Shown here: positions 20,733 through 30,185 of the stretch, piece after piece
Layout of the letters: each line of letters starts with the position of its first letter
Position numbering within the stretch: position 1 is the first letter of the stretch
DNA from: an uncultured Candidatus Poseidoniales archaeon
Lineage (GTDB): Archaea; Thermoplasmatota; Poseidoniia; Poseidoniales; Thalassarchaeaceae
DNA: 64,000 bases
Reading direction: 5' to 3'
Assembly: GCA_964645485.1 (NCBI GenBank)
Contig: CAZXZO010000007.1
Span: 12,609 to 76,608 of the forward strand
The notes under the pieces: model-generated
Seen by the model: only the letters and a program-made list of their open reading frames with translations
Database searches by the model: none
What the model was told of the DNA's origin: nothing
Program-made: the position numbers and the translations under genes

Positions 20733-21983
20733 ATGGCATGGATTGGTCTTGACGATACTGACTCTGTCGAAAGTGGTTGTACAACGTGGGATTTCCACCT
20801 TTTATTGACCCATTTAGAGGAATCCGGGTTCAGTATTGTAGGCGCACCGAACTTGGTAAGGTTATGGCCCTTTGCACCTGAAAGAACTAGAGGAAATGCA
20901 GCCCTTTCTGCAGAAATTAAATCGTCGTCATCTACAATTTCCCTTAATGAAATTTTAGAAATTTGGTTTTATCAACGTTATATTTCTGATAACCCATCAC
21001 TAGATGATGATAGGGTGGAGGCTGCTAGTCCAGTTCTGGTTTGTACCGAAAATAGGTTTCCTGAAAATTGGTATTGGGATGCAGTAAGGGGTTTTGTTGA
21101 TCCTAGTAACAGGTTAGATGATGTGTCAGCATTTTCTTCTGCTAGATTTTGGTCTGTGGAGGAAGATTCTAATTCTGCTCAAGTTATTAGAGGAATTGTA
21201 GGTGCAACAAGCGCCATTTCCTGGCGAGGAGAAAACGATTGGACATGGGAAGCAACTGCATGGAGGGAGGCTGAAAACATCGGTAAATCTCGCAAAGTTC
21301 CCGCGAATTTAGTAGGTACAATGTCAATAAAATTTCCTCAAACCATACTTAATCGAGACCCAAATGCAGGCGATTCGTTAATCACTCCTCGTACGCCGTG
21401 CCCTGTTCTATATGGAATTAGGTCGGAAGACTGTGAGGTTGCCAAGCAAGCACACGATTGGTTACAGTCTAGTGATGAGGTAGAAAATGCAGTTGCAATG
21501 TGCGTTCATCGAACAAATCAAGCAACTGATGATCATATTGAGAATATAGGCACCGGGGTGGTAATTTCAAGCGTTAGAGAAGTAAAAGGGGGCCATGCTT
21601 CTCTTTCTGTGTTTGACGGAGAACAACACTCAACTTTAGTTGCCTTCAAGCAAGGTGGTGATGTTAATCGATTACTGAAATCTCTTCTAGTCGGTGATTT
21701 GGTAGAATGGAGAGGGTTGCTTTCCCCTAAAGGTGAATTTCATTTGGAATCCCTAATGTGTTCAGATGCAGTGCCGCGACAACTTTCACGCCCTATCTGT
21801 AAATGTGCAGGCAAATTCTGTCGCCAAGGTGTTGGCCAGCCATTGCGTTGTGAGCAATGTGGCGCGAAAGAAAAGTCTGAATGGCTAAATTCTAAGTTTG
21901 ATTCTACCAAAATATGGGTGGAGCCCCCTAGTTCTAATCGTAGGCATCTGGCTAAACCACTAAACCGACAAGCGAAGAGGTAA
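20733..21983 (+). CDS. tiaS: tRNA(Ile2) agmatinylcytidine synthetase
   Basis: IGLDDTDS..GCTT, LVRLWP..P.RTRGN, P.TPCPVLYGIR, TNQATDDH, an OB fold and a C-terminal zinc ribbon. Confidence 0.92.
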   Translation: MAWIGLDDTDSVESGCTTWDFHLLLTHLEESGFSIVGAPNLVRLWPFAPERTRGNAALSAEIKSSSSTISLNEILEIWFYQRYISDNPSLDDDRVEAASPVLVCTENRFPENWYWDAVRGFVDPSNRLDDVSAFSSARFWSVEEDSNSAQVIRGIVGATSAISWRGENDWTWEATAWREAENIGKSRKVPANLVGTMSIKFPQTILNRDPNAGDSLITPRTPCPVLYGIRSEDCEVAKQAHDWLQSSDEVENAVAMCVHRTNQATDDHIENIGTGVVISSVREVKGGHASLSVFDGEQHSTLVAFKQGGDVNRLLKSLLVGDLVEWRGLLSPKGEFHLESLMCSDAVPRQLSRPICKCAGKFCRQGVGQPLRCEQCGAKEKSEWLNSKFDSTKIWVEPPSSNRRHLAKPLNRQAKR

Positions 21984-22009
21984 TTGAGGAGAGGTCGTCT
22001 CGGCATCTC

Positions 22010-22273
22010 ATGGTTGATTCAGTATCAATAGCATATGTTCTGTTGTTCATGGCCTCAGGAGCACTAGTATATCTCATCATCAAGATGATTAAGCGCAATC
22101 AACAATCAATAATTGCTGAAAATGCTCCAGTGATTGCTGGGTCAGATGAATTGGGTGGAAAGGCGAAAGATCCCGACCAATTCACTGAACCAGATGATGA
22201 TGCCTTAGAAGAAATGGCTGAGTTGTTAGCATCTGCTGCAGAAGCCCAAGGCATCGAGTACGAAGAAGACTGA
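22010..22273 (+). CDS. Small single-TM protein with acidic tail
   Basis: N-terminal hydrophobic helix, D/E-rich C-terminus, and a GAGGAGAGGT SD-like sequence upstream. Confidence 0.7.
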   Translation: MVDSVSIAYVLLFMASGALVYLIIKMIKRNQQSIIAENAPVIAGSDELGGKAKDPDQFTEPDDDALEEMAELLASAAEAQGIEYEED

Positions 22274-22276
22274 TGT

Positions 22277-22927
22277 TCAACTAAATCCTTCATCGTTTAT
22301 TTGCAATTGAATAATGTCGTCCCCAATTTGAAGGTTCCTTTTTTGTAATCCTTTTTCTGAACTTGTTAGCTGCCAATTTGAAGGTAACAGATGTTCGAGT
22401 AATTTTTTTCCGCGGATTTTCCATTCTTTCTGCCCGCTCGCATCCCCATACAGTGCTGAAGTAATTAGTAACTTACATCCTGATGGCTGCAGAATTGTGG
22501 CCAAAGAATCAATTGCTGAAATAGCCAACCTGTCTGCTTGGCCACTCCTTGGAGTCCAATCATCAATGACAAATAATTGTGGAGTTAATCTTTGAGCTAG
22601 TTTACTGCCAGTAAGAATTCCACCCGCAACTCCTTCACCACATTCCATCATGTGATATTTTGCTAATGCAACCACATCTACATCATTGAGAATCTGGCTA
22701 AACCTGAGAGGGTCAGGTGATTTTTCACACACCCAAATAACCCTTCCACCATCTAGTAATGTATCCCGTGCATATTGCAATGCTAATGAAGTTCCACCGC
22801 AGCCTTCCCCAACTGCCAAGTGCGTGATTGAGTGTAACAGAGGGAGGTCCACGCCTGTTGGTTTGTTTGGGGGTTCTTGAATACTTAGATTGAAAACCAA
22901 TCTTTCAACGGTAATCGCTATGACCAT
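22277..22927 (-). CDS. RecA-superfamily (RadB/KaiC-like) protein with degenerate P-loop
   Basis: VGEGCGGTSLALQ followed by GGRVIWV.E, and a Walker B-like LFVIDDW. Confidence 0.65.
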   Translation of the reverse strand: MVIAITVERLVFNLSIQEPPNKPTGVDLPLLHSITHLAVGEGCGGTSLALQYARDTLLDGGRVIWVCEKSPDPLRFSQILNDVDVVALAKYHMMECGEGVAGGILTGSKLAQRLTPQLFVIDDWTPRSGQADRLAISAIDSLATILQPSGCKLLITSALYGDASGQKEWKIRGKKLLEHLLPSNWQLTSSEKGLQKRNLQIGDDIIQLQINDEGFS

Positions 22928-22945
22928 GCACCATGTGGGGCTGCC

Positions 22946-23164
22946 ATGAGCAGTAGTCGAGATAAGGAAAGAATCCCTCGCCGGTCTCTCCCAGCCTTCG
23001 AGGAAGTTGATGGAGGGTTGAGTGGTGCATTACGCACTCATGGCTTGATTGGAACGGCCTTACTTGACAAGAATCAGTTTGGACCACAAGCAATGATTCT
23101 TCTACTAGTAATAACCGCAACTTGCACCGGTTTGGCGCTTGGTGGATTGATGTTAATCACTTGA
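22946..23164 (+). CDS. Small protein with C-terminal TM helix
   Basis: 72-aa ORF fills the gap between neighbours and has a hydrophobic C-terminus. Confidence 0.55.
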   Translation: MSSSRDKERIPRRSLPAFEEVDGGLSGALRTHGLIGTALLDKNQFGPQAMILLLVITATCTGLALGGLMLIT

Positions 23165-24506
23165 TTGCAACCCGCGCCAATGCAACTGCTTCATCTACCA
23201 ATTCTGCTGAAACTCCAAGATGGCTATTTGGGTCAAACAGAGCGTGCAATTCATCTCCATCAAATGCCGCCGCGATTGTTGGCGTCATTGCACAGACATC
23301 TTCCAAGTGGACTCCTTTCTGTAGGGATTCCATCGAAGCAGACCGAAGAACTTCATGTGCCTCATCTCTTGGTATTCCATTTTCAACTAGAGCGATCATA
23401 ACCTTTTCAGCCATGACTAATCCGTTTTGGGAATTGATGTTGCGTAACATATTGTCTTTGTCTACGACCAGTTTACCCAAGACACGGTCACACTTAGAGA
23501 GAACGTCATCTAACAGAACAACTGAGTGAGAGAGAGTGAATCGTTCAGCACTAGAATTAGCCAAATCACGCTCATGCCAAAGCAATGCATTTTCCCAAGT
23601 TGGTAACATCATTGCTCTAACTACACGGGCCAGGCCGCAGGCATTTTCGGCGGTAATTGGGTTTCGTTTGTGAGCCATTGTAGAGGAACCCACTTGCTTT
23701 TCAACATCAAAATATTCTCCAACTTCGGCGATTTCAGTGCGTTGTAGATTTCTAATTTCCTGTAACACCTTTTCGACACTTGTGGCTACATTTGCCATCC
23801 AGGAAACCCACTCAATGTATCTGTCTCGTCCGACAACTTGAGTAGTTACAAGAGGAATTCCTAGACCCAAGTGAGTCATTATGTGTGCTTGAAGTTCCCT
23901 CGCGTGCTCGCCCTGTGCTGCACCGGTCCCCACTGCTCCGAGGAATTTCCCAACACATACTCTTGGCGTGAGTTCTTGGAGTCGAATAAGGTGGCGTCTA
24001 AATTCATCTAGCCAAACTGCTACCTTCAATCCAAAAGTGATTGGCACTGCTGCTTGTCCATGTGTACGGCCAATGCAAACGGTGTCCCTCTCTCTTTCTG
24101 CTAAATCAGCAATTGTGGAAATTAAAGTACAAATTATCTGAGTTTGTTGATCGATTGAATCCCTGATTTGTAACGCCACTGCTGTATCTACAATATCGTT
24201 AGATGTAGCCCCAAGGTGTATACACCATCCTGCATCTCCGGCTTTTTCTGCCATTGCTTTTGTGAGCGCCATTATGTCGTGCTTAGTTTCAGCCTCAATT
24301 TCTTCAACTCTTTCCTTGGTTACAATGTCAGGGTCTGAGATCGCTGCAACTGTATCATAATCTGATTGAGAGACTTTCCCAAGTTCTTTGTGGGCCCAAA
24401 TCAAGGCTCTCTCCACCTCTAGTTGACGTGAGTGACGTCCGAGGTCAGACCAGATGTCTTTGACAGCGTCGCGACCGTACCGATAATCTAGTGGACAGAG
24501 TGGCAT
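23157..24506 (-). CDS. purB: Adenylosuccinate lyase
   Basis: PLDYRY, HLGATSND, GRTHGQ and the GSSTMAHKRNP signature. Likely ATG at 24506 behind GAGGA. Confidence 0.96.
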   Translation of the reverse strand: MPLCPLDYRYGRDAVKDIWSDLGRHSRQLEVERALIWAHKELGKVSQSDYDTVAAISDPDIVTKERVEEIEAETKHDIMALTKAMAEKAGDAGWCIHLGATSNDIVDTAVALQIRDSIDQQTQIICTLISTIADLAERERDTVCIGRTHGQAAVPITFGLKVAVWLDEFRRHLIRLQELTPRVCVGKFLGAVGTGAAQGEHARELQAHIMTHLGLGIPLVTTQVVGRDRYIEWVSWMANVATSVEKVLQEIRNLQRTEIAEVGEYFDVEKQVGSSTMAHKRNPITAENACGLARVVRAMMLPTWENALLWHERDLANSSAERFTLSHSVVLLDDVLSKCDRVLGKLVVDKDNMLRNINSQNGLVMAEKVMIALVENGIPRDEAHEVLRSASMESLQKGVHLEDVCAMTPTIAAAFDGDELHALFDPNSHLGVSAELVDEAVALARVAIK

Positions 24507-24561
24507 TGGAGTATCCTCAAACCGGCCGAGAAGGGACTTTGGTTTGAGCGTAACGCCCCAA

Positions 24562-25344
24562 TCATTCAGCAAAAGAAACGCCTTCAATCAATAAATGTCC
24601 CCTTTGACCAGTCCAAATAGGGTCTCCATTAATCTTTATTTTTTTGTTCATCCAAGGGGTTTTTAGGATAGTGGTTTCAAATTCTCCTCCCTCACCATCT
24701 ACTGAAAATCGGTGGATTCTAGCAAGTGATTCTAATTCAGTCAAATTAATACTATCCAGAGTCTTACCGACCCATTTTTCATCTAATCCTTCACAAGATA
24801 TCGAACTCAATAGGAATTCAAATCCATGATTGACAAGGTCACGCATGTGGTCTTTGGCTTTGTGGTGCCAGAGCGGGCAAAAAGATTTGACTCCAAGTCT
24901 TTGAGCCATGCGTTCAATTCTGGTTTTTTGATAATCGCTGCGTAGTGCACCTGTGACTATTGCATCTATAGGTGCATTCGGGATTAATTTGGTAATGGGC
25001 TGTGAATTATTGATGTTGAAGTCAAATAAATTGGAAATTTCACTACTTGTCAGAGTCTCTTCTGTGGTTGAAGAAGAATCGCCCTCAATAATTGGACGCA
25101 AATTATTCTCTAGTTCACCAATTTCTGTAGGTTCATCACCACTTATGTCGACAGGTAACCAAGGTATGCCACCCGAACTAGCTTGCAATCCTGCTACCGA
25201 AGTTGCTGGCACTTGGAACATCATGGAGTCTCCTCCTGTAATGTTGATAGTGACGATACCGGCGACATCCCACCCCTTTAGCAGAGACCACCAAATTGCG
25301 TAGCACGAATCTTTCCCTCCAGATGACAGGACAATGACTCGCAT
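24562..25344 (-). CDS. dph6: Diphthine--ammonia ligase (Dph6, PP-loop ATPase)
   Basis: LSSGGKDS, GALRSDYQKTR, PLWH and GEGGEFET. Likely ATG at 25344. Confidence 0.9.
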   Translation of the reverse strand: MRVIVLSSGGKDSCYAIWWSLLKGWDVAGIVTINITGGDSMMFQVPATSVAGLQASSGGIPWLPVDISGDEPTEIGELENNLRPIIEGDSSSTTEETLTSSEISNLFDFNINNSQPITKLIPNAPIDAIVTGALRSDYQKTRIERMAQRLGVKSFCPLWHHKAKDHMRDLVNHGFEFLLSSISCEGLDEKWVGKTLDSINLTELESLARIHRFSVDGEGGEFETTILKTPWMNKKIKINGDPIWTGQRGHLLIEGVSFAE

Positions 25345-25455
25345 GTAGTGCGGATGAAGCCGAGGGTGAAAAAGAAGTGGGCGATGCTTGAGATTGTGGT
25401 TCTTGGTTCTCAAGGTTCATAAGAGTCCGTCTGACAGCCGGGCTTAGGTGAGCAG

Positions 25456-26181
25456 ATGCAACCAAGCGGAAGAGGATACGACCACGGAATCACAACATTC
25501 AGTCCTGATGGCAGATTGTTTCAGGTAGAATATGCAAGAGAGTCTGTCAAAAGAGGTACAACGACTGTTGGATTGAAGTATCGTGGTGGAGTTTTACTTA
25601 TTGTTGACAAGCGAATTGCAAGCCGTTTGATTATTCCAGAGTCAATTGATAAAATCTACAAAATTGATGACCACATTGGATTTGCAACATCTGGACTTGT
25701 TGCAGATGCGCGACAACTTGTAGCACGGGCTCGGGCAGAGTGTCAGATTAACCGTATTACATATAGCGACAAAGTTCCAGTTGACATCTTGACAAAGAAA
25801 ATCTGTAATTTCAAGCAATCCTTTACCCAATATGGTGGGACTAGACCTTTTGGAACAGCCTTGTTGATTGCAGGCGTTGATGAAAACGGTATTCACCTTT
25901 ACGAAACCGACCCAAGTGGAGCATACCAATCCTACCACGCTGGTGCAGTTGGAAGAGGAAGGAACTCAGTTGTAGATTTCTTCGAAAACAAATGGAAAAA
26001 GAACATGACTCAGAATGCAGCGGTTAAACTCGGACTAGAAGCGCTACGTTCATCTTTAGAAGATGAGGATTTGAACAAGAACGCGGTACAGATTGCAGTT
26101 TTAGACAAAAATGGATTCCGATTGATGGACCTAGAAGAAACAATTGGACACATAGACAAGTTACCTGCTAAAGAAGATTGA
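25456..26181 (+). CDS. psmA: Proteasome subunit alpha
   Basis: GYD..ITTFSPDGRLFQVEYA signature. Confidence 0.97.
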   Translation: MQPSGRGYDHGITTFSPDGRLFQVEYARESVKRGTTTVGLKYRGGVLLIVDKRIASRLIIPESIDKIYKIDDHIGFATSGLVADARQLVARARAECQINRITYSDKVPVDILTKKICNFKQSFTQYGGTRPFGTALLIAGVDENGIHLYETDPSGAYQSYHAGAVGRGRNSVVDFFENKWKKNMTQNAAVKLGLEALRSSLEDEDLNKNAVQIAVLDKNGFRLMDLEETIGHIDKLPAKED

Positions 26182-26237
26182 TTTCAGCGAAGATGCTATG
26201 CGCATCTCCTCTCCTCGCTCATTTTGGAGGTACGCTC

Positions 26238-26927
26238 ATGGTCAGTATGGATGACGCCGTTATCGCCCGTCTAGAGAAAGGCGGAAAGAGGTATGAAGTG
26301 TTGGTTGACCCTGATTTGGTTCATCAATGGAAGGATGACCAAAGTAGTGTAGAACTAGATGATTTATTGGCAACCGATGAGGTGTGGCATGATGTCAAGA
26401 ATGGCGAAAGGCCAACGAGTGACAAATTAGAAGCAGTTTTTGGAACCGTTGAGTTAGAGCAATGCGTTCAAAAAATTCTATTGGAAGGGAGTATTCAACT
26501 CACCACTGACCAGAGGAAAAAAATGATCGAAGAAAAGACAAGACAAGTTATTGCCGACATTTGTATGCTAGGTATAGACCCTCAAACCAAACTCCCACAC
26601 CCGCCACAGAGAGTTGAGAACGCTCTTATTGAGGCTAGATTCAAAGCAGATCCATTCAAATCGGTTGAAAAACAGGTCAAAGATGCAGTTGCGATGATTA
26701 GGGAATTAATTCCTATTTCTTTTACGACAGTGAAGTTAGCCTTCAAAGTAGGTGGCACAAATTATGGCTCGGTATTTGCCTTAGTCAGGGAGGAAGTCCT
26801 ACGTGAGGATTGGTTAGAGAATGGTGATTGGGCTTTCACTGTGGAAATACCTGCTGGGATGAAAAATGATTACATCGCTAAAGTTGGGAAAAGAGCCCCC
26901 GATGTTGTGGTAAAAGAGTTGAAGTGA
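26238..26927 (+). CDS. Ribosome maturation factor SBDS/Sdo1
   Basis: ARLEKGGKRYEVLVDP, IQLTT.QR and PHPP.RVE. ATG at 26238 follows GGAGGT. Confidence 0.95.
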   Translation: MVSMDDAVIARLEKGGKRYEVLVDPDLVHQWKDDQSSVELDDLLATDEVWHDVKNGERPTSDKLEAVFGTVELEQCVQKILLEGSIQLTTDQRKKMIEEKTRQVIADICMLGIDPQTKLPHPPQRVENALIEARFKADPFKSVEKQVKDAVAMIRELIPISFTTVKLAFKVGGTNYGSVFALVREEVLREDWLENGDWAFTVEIPAGMKNDYIAKVGKRAPDVVVKELK

Positions 26928-26999
26928 ACTGACTCAATTAGTCATTTAATATGCAACGGTTATAGATGATGGGCCGGTCGGCCGGCTCGGAGAAGAAAC

Positions 27000-27704
27000 A
27001 TGAGTAATAGTGGCGCCTCGGATGGGCGCACTTTGGCTGCATCCGGCAGCCTGGTGATACCCGGCGATAAAATTAGTTCTGATACAAGTGGCCAACTTGG
27101 TCACGGAGTCATTAAAGTGAATGATGAATTGATAGCAACCAAACTTGGTTACTTGGTTGAAAAGTCGGGTGAAGTTTCAATTCTTCCAGTACATACGGCT
27201 TACTTTCCTAGACCTGGTGATTTAGTGGTCGGGTACATTGAAGGCATGAGATCTAATATTTGGTTTATTGACCTAAATGCCCCATTCAATGCTATTCTTC
27301 CTATGAGTCTCGCTCCAATGAAGATTGAATACGGCGGAACTCGAGATGCAATGGATGTAGGAACTACAATTTTGTGTCGCGTTCAGGAAGTAGATGAAGC
27401 CCACTCTTCAGTTGTAACAATGAAGGGAATGGGATTGAGGAAAGTTAATTCTGGATTCGTTGATACAATCCCTCCTCATCTAGTGGGTACAATTTCGAGT
27501 GGTTCAAATGCAATCATCCAGCAACTCAAAGATGCAAGTAATTGCAGAATAATCTTAGGTGCAAATGGCAGAATTTGGGTTGATGGAGAACCTGAAGGCA
27601 TTCGAATAGTGCGAGATGCATTAGCATACGCACGTGATAATCAACATTCAACTGAATTGGCAGCTGGTATTGCTAGCCAATTAGCAAACGGAAATGGAGA
27701 GTGA
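27000..27704 (+). CDS. rrp4: Exosome RNA-binding subunit Rrp4
   Basis: VIPGD, YFPRPGD.VVG S1 domain and GANGRIW KH-like motif; position in the operon fits. Confidence 0.92.
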   Translation: MSNSGASDGRTLAASGSLVIPGDKISSDTSGQLGHGVIKVNDELIATKLGYLVEKSGEVSILPVHTAYFPRPGDLVVGYIEGMRSNIWFIDLNAPFNAILPMSLAPMKIEYGGTRDAMDVGTTILCRVQEVDEAHSSVVTMKGMGLRKVNSGFVDTIPPHLVGTISSGSNAIIQQLKDASNCRIILGANGRIWVDGEPEGIRIVRDALAYARDNQHSTELAAGIASQLANGNGE

Positions 27705-28432
27705 TGAAAATGGGATATGGTGACGTCCAAATGATAGATGAGAACGGCAATCGCGTAGATGGCCGGAAAGCAGGGGATATACGACCCATTGAAATTGAAA
27801 TGGGAGTGGTTCCCGTTGCAGATGGTTCAGCAAGTATGCGATGGGGCACAAATTATGTTATTGCCTCGGTATATGGTCCTATGGAGGCTCATCCAAGAAA
27901 GATTCAACGCCAAGAGCGAGCGGTTCTTGATGTTCGCTACAACATGGCACCTTTTTCAACTACAGACAGATTCCGTCCTGGATTCAACAGACGCAGTCGG
28001 GAAATTAGCAAAGTGACAGCAGATGCTTTAGAGTCAGTTGTTTTACTCGAACTTTATCCACGAAGTAAAATACGTGTTGAAATTGAGGTCATTTGTGCTG
28101 AAGCAGGAACACGTTGTGTTGGCTTAACTGCGGCGTCACTTGCTCTAGCAGATGCTGGTATACCAATGACAGACATGGTAGTCAGTGTTGCAAGTGGAAA
28201 AATCAACGGTGTAGTTGTTTGTGACCTGAATAAGGAAGAGGATAATTATGGAGCAGCCGATTTACCCATGGGTGTCCTTCCAAACACTGGGGAACTTGTT
28301 TTCCTACAAATGGATGGTGACCTTTCACCTTCTGAATTCCAAGAGGCTTGGGATTACAATATGGAAGCCGCGTTAAAAATTCACGAATTAATGAAGGAAG
28401 CAATTGCTAACAAATACGGTGGTGGTCAATAA
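27701..28432 (+). CDS. rrp41: Exosome catalytic subunit Rrp41
   Basis: RVDGR, ADGSA, YNMAPFST, RRSREIS, AGTRC and DLNKEED. Confidence 0.96.
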   Translation: MMKMGYGDVQMIDENGNRVDGRKAGDIRPIEIEMGVVPVADGSASMRWGTNYVIASVYGPMEAHPRKIQRQERAVLDVRYNMAPFSTTDRFRPGFNRRSREISKVTADALESVVLLELYPRSKIRVEIEVICAEAGTRCVGLTAASLALADAGIPMTDMVVSVASGKINGVVVCDLNKEEDNYGAADLPMGVLPNTGELVFLQMDGDLSPSEFQEAWDYNMEAALKIHELMKEAIANKYGGGQ

Positions 28433-29211
28433 TGGCTCAACCCCTAGTTCCTGAATTACTGCGCGCTCACTTAGCAGAACTTGCATCTAGAGACCAAAGA
28501 GCAGATGGTCGAGGCCAATGGGAAGGCCGAGAACTCTCGGTGGAAGTGGGAGTACTTGACCGAGCAGAAGGTAGTGCAAAAGTGCAAATGGGAGATACAA
28601 TCGTATTTTGTGGTATCAAATTCCAACTTCAAACCCCTTATCCTGACAGACCTGATGAAGGAGGTCTGATGACTAGTGCTGAATTGAGACCATTAGCAGG
28701 GCGCCATATTGAACCCGGGCCACCAAGCCCTGAAAGTATCGAAATCGGTAGAGTTGTTGACAGAGGAATTCGCGAATCTGGTTGTATCGACACCAAGGAT
28801 TTGTGTATTATTCCAGGTGAAAAAGTCTGGCAAGTCATTATTGATTGCTTTGCTATCAGCGATGATGGTAATTTATTCGATGCCTTTGGATTAGCAGCGA
28901 TCGCTGCGCTCCACAACGCAACTCTTCCAGGCGAACGGTTTGATGTTGGTGAAGATAAGAAGTTACCAGTTAACAAAACCCCAATAATGTGTTCATTCCA
29001 AAAAGTAGGGGGAAGGTTCGTTTATGATTCAAATAGAGAAGAAGAAGTTGGTGGTGATGAAAGAATTCACATCACACTTGGAGAAGACGACCATGTCCAC
29101 TCTTTGCAGAAGGGATTAAAGGGAGTGTTCTCGGCGAGCGAATTCGTAGAAATCATGGATGCGGCTAAGCAACGATGTGCAGAGTTGAGAAAAATAGTAG
29201 ATTCATTGTGA
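28432..29211 (+). CDS. rrp42: Exosome subunit Rrp42
   Basis: RADGR, AEGSA.V, PYPDRP.EG, RVVDRGIRES and DDGNLFDA. Confidence 0.96.
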   Translation: MAQPLVPELLRAHLAELASRDQRADGRGQWEGRELSVEVGVLDRAEGSAKVQMGDTIVFCGIKFQLQTPYPDRPDEGGLMTSAELRPLAGRHIEPGPPSPESIEIGRVVDRGIRESGCIDTKDLCIIPGEKVWQVIIDCFAISDDGNLFDAFGLAAIAALHNATLPGERFDVGEDKKLPVNKTPIMCSFQKVGGRFVYDSNREEEVGGDERIHITLGEDDHVHSLQKGLKGVFSASEFVEIMDAAKQRCAELRKIVDSL

Positions 29212-29220
29212 GGTGTTTGA

Positions 29221-29628
29221 ATGGCAAAGCGAACTAAGAAAGCAGGACTCGAAGCAAGATTCGGAGCTAGATACGGTGTGAGTGTCAGGCGAAGAGCCTC
29301 ATCCGCACTAAGAAAGGTAAAGAGAGAATACTCTTGTCCAGTATGTCAATATCAAAAAGTAAGACGTGAATCTGCTGGTATTTGGGCTTGCAGAAAGTGT
29401 GGCCACACATTTGCTGGTGGAGTCTGGCAACCTTTTACCAGAGCATCTGATGCAAATAATAGGATTATTCGCAGGTCTGTTGAAGGAGCAACCGCTACTG
29501 ATATGGCATTGATAGCCCAAAATGCTGCTATTGAATATGAGCGTACTTTGAATGAAGAAGACCAAGATGCTCCACTAGAAGAAATTACCACCGAAGGAGA
29601 TGGTGATGATGGTAGCGAAGAAGAGTGA
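29221..29628 (+). CDS. rpl37ae: Ribosomal protein eL43 (L37Ae) with acidic C-terminal extension
   Basis: RFGARYG, CPVC..CRKC zinc finger and GIW.C. Confidence 0.95.
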   Translation: MAKRTKKAGLEARFGARYGVSVRRRASSALRKVKREYSCPVCQYQKVRRESAGIWACRKCGHTFAGGVWQPFTRASDANNRIIRRSVEGATATDMALIAQNAAIEYERTLNEEDQDAPLEEITTEGDGDDGSEEE

Positions 29629-29854
29629 TGTTTGTACTGCAACTCTCACTTTAAGTCAAAATATTGATGTTAATTCATTGGCTGCAGCTTTAGCAACTGA
29701 AGATGTAGACATCAAAACCGATTCATCTTCTCTCTCCGTGGAAGTATCTGCTGACAACATATCTGACCTTAGAGCAAGGCTCAATACTACACTTCGCTCA
29801 ATTCAGGCCGCATCCGAGTCACTTATTGAGGTCAACCGTAGCCGATTAGATTGA
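29600..29854 (+). CDS. pcc1: KEOPS complex subunit Pcc1
   Basis: V.ADNISDLRARLNTTLRSI motif, in the canonical position between rpl37ae and prefoldin. Exact start uncertain. Confidence 0.75.
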   Translation: MVMMVAKKSDVCTATLTLSQNIDVNSLAAALATEDVDIKTDSSSLSVEVSADNISDLRARLNTTLRSIQAASESLIEVNRSRLD

Positions 29855-29864
29855 GGGATAAAGA

Positions 29865-30185
29865 ATGGTAACCGAAGATATTAGGCAAAGATTGCAGATG
29901 GTAGTTGCTGAACTACAGAGTTCAGCCCAACAAGTCGCGTCTATTGGCGGACAAATTAAGGAGTTAGAAGCCACACTTGAGCACCTATCTACACAAGAAG
30001 AAGATAGAGCAGTTTATCGCCAATCCGGACCGCTTCTGTTAGAGGTAAGTGATAGGGAAAAATTGTCTGAGGATATTGAGGCGACCATTACCACACTCAA
30101 AGAGCATGAACAAAGATTAGTTACTCAAGAAGAGACCCTTCGAACTCAATACGATCAGATGGTAAAACAGTTTGAGGGTTCGTAG
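29865..30185 (+). CDS. pfdB: Prefoldin beta subunit
   Basis: Coiled coil-beta hairpin (VYRQSGPLL)-coiled coil pattern; operon position fits. Confidence 0.88.
   Translation: MVTEDIRQRLQMVVAELQSSAQQVASIGGQIKELEATLEHLSTQEEDRAVYRQSGPLLLEVSDREKLSEDIEATITTLKEHEQRLVTQEETLRTQYDQMVKQFEGS

Noticed and set aside
26928-26990. Small inverted repeats (TGACT-CAATT-AGTCA; GCCGG-TCGG-CCGGC) between SBDS and rrp4
   Set aside because: 5-bp stems are too short to support a specific RNA element without comparative data.
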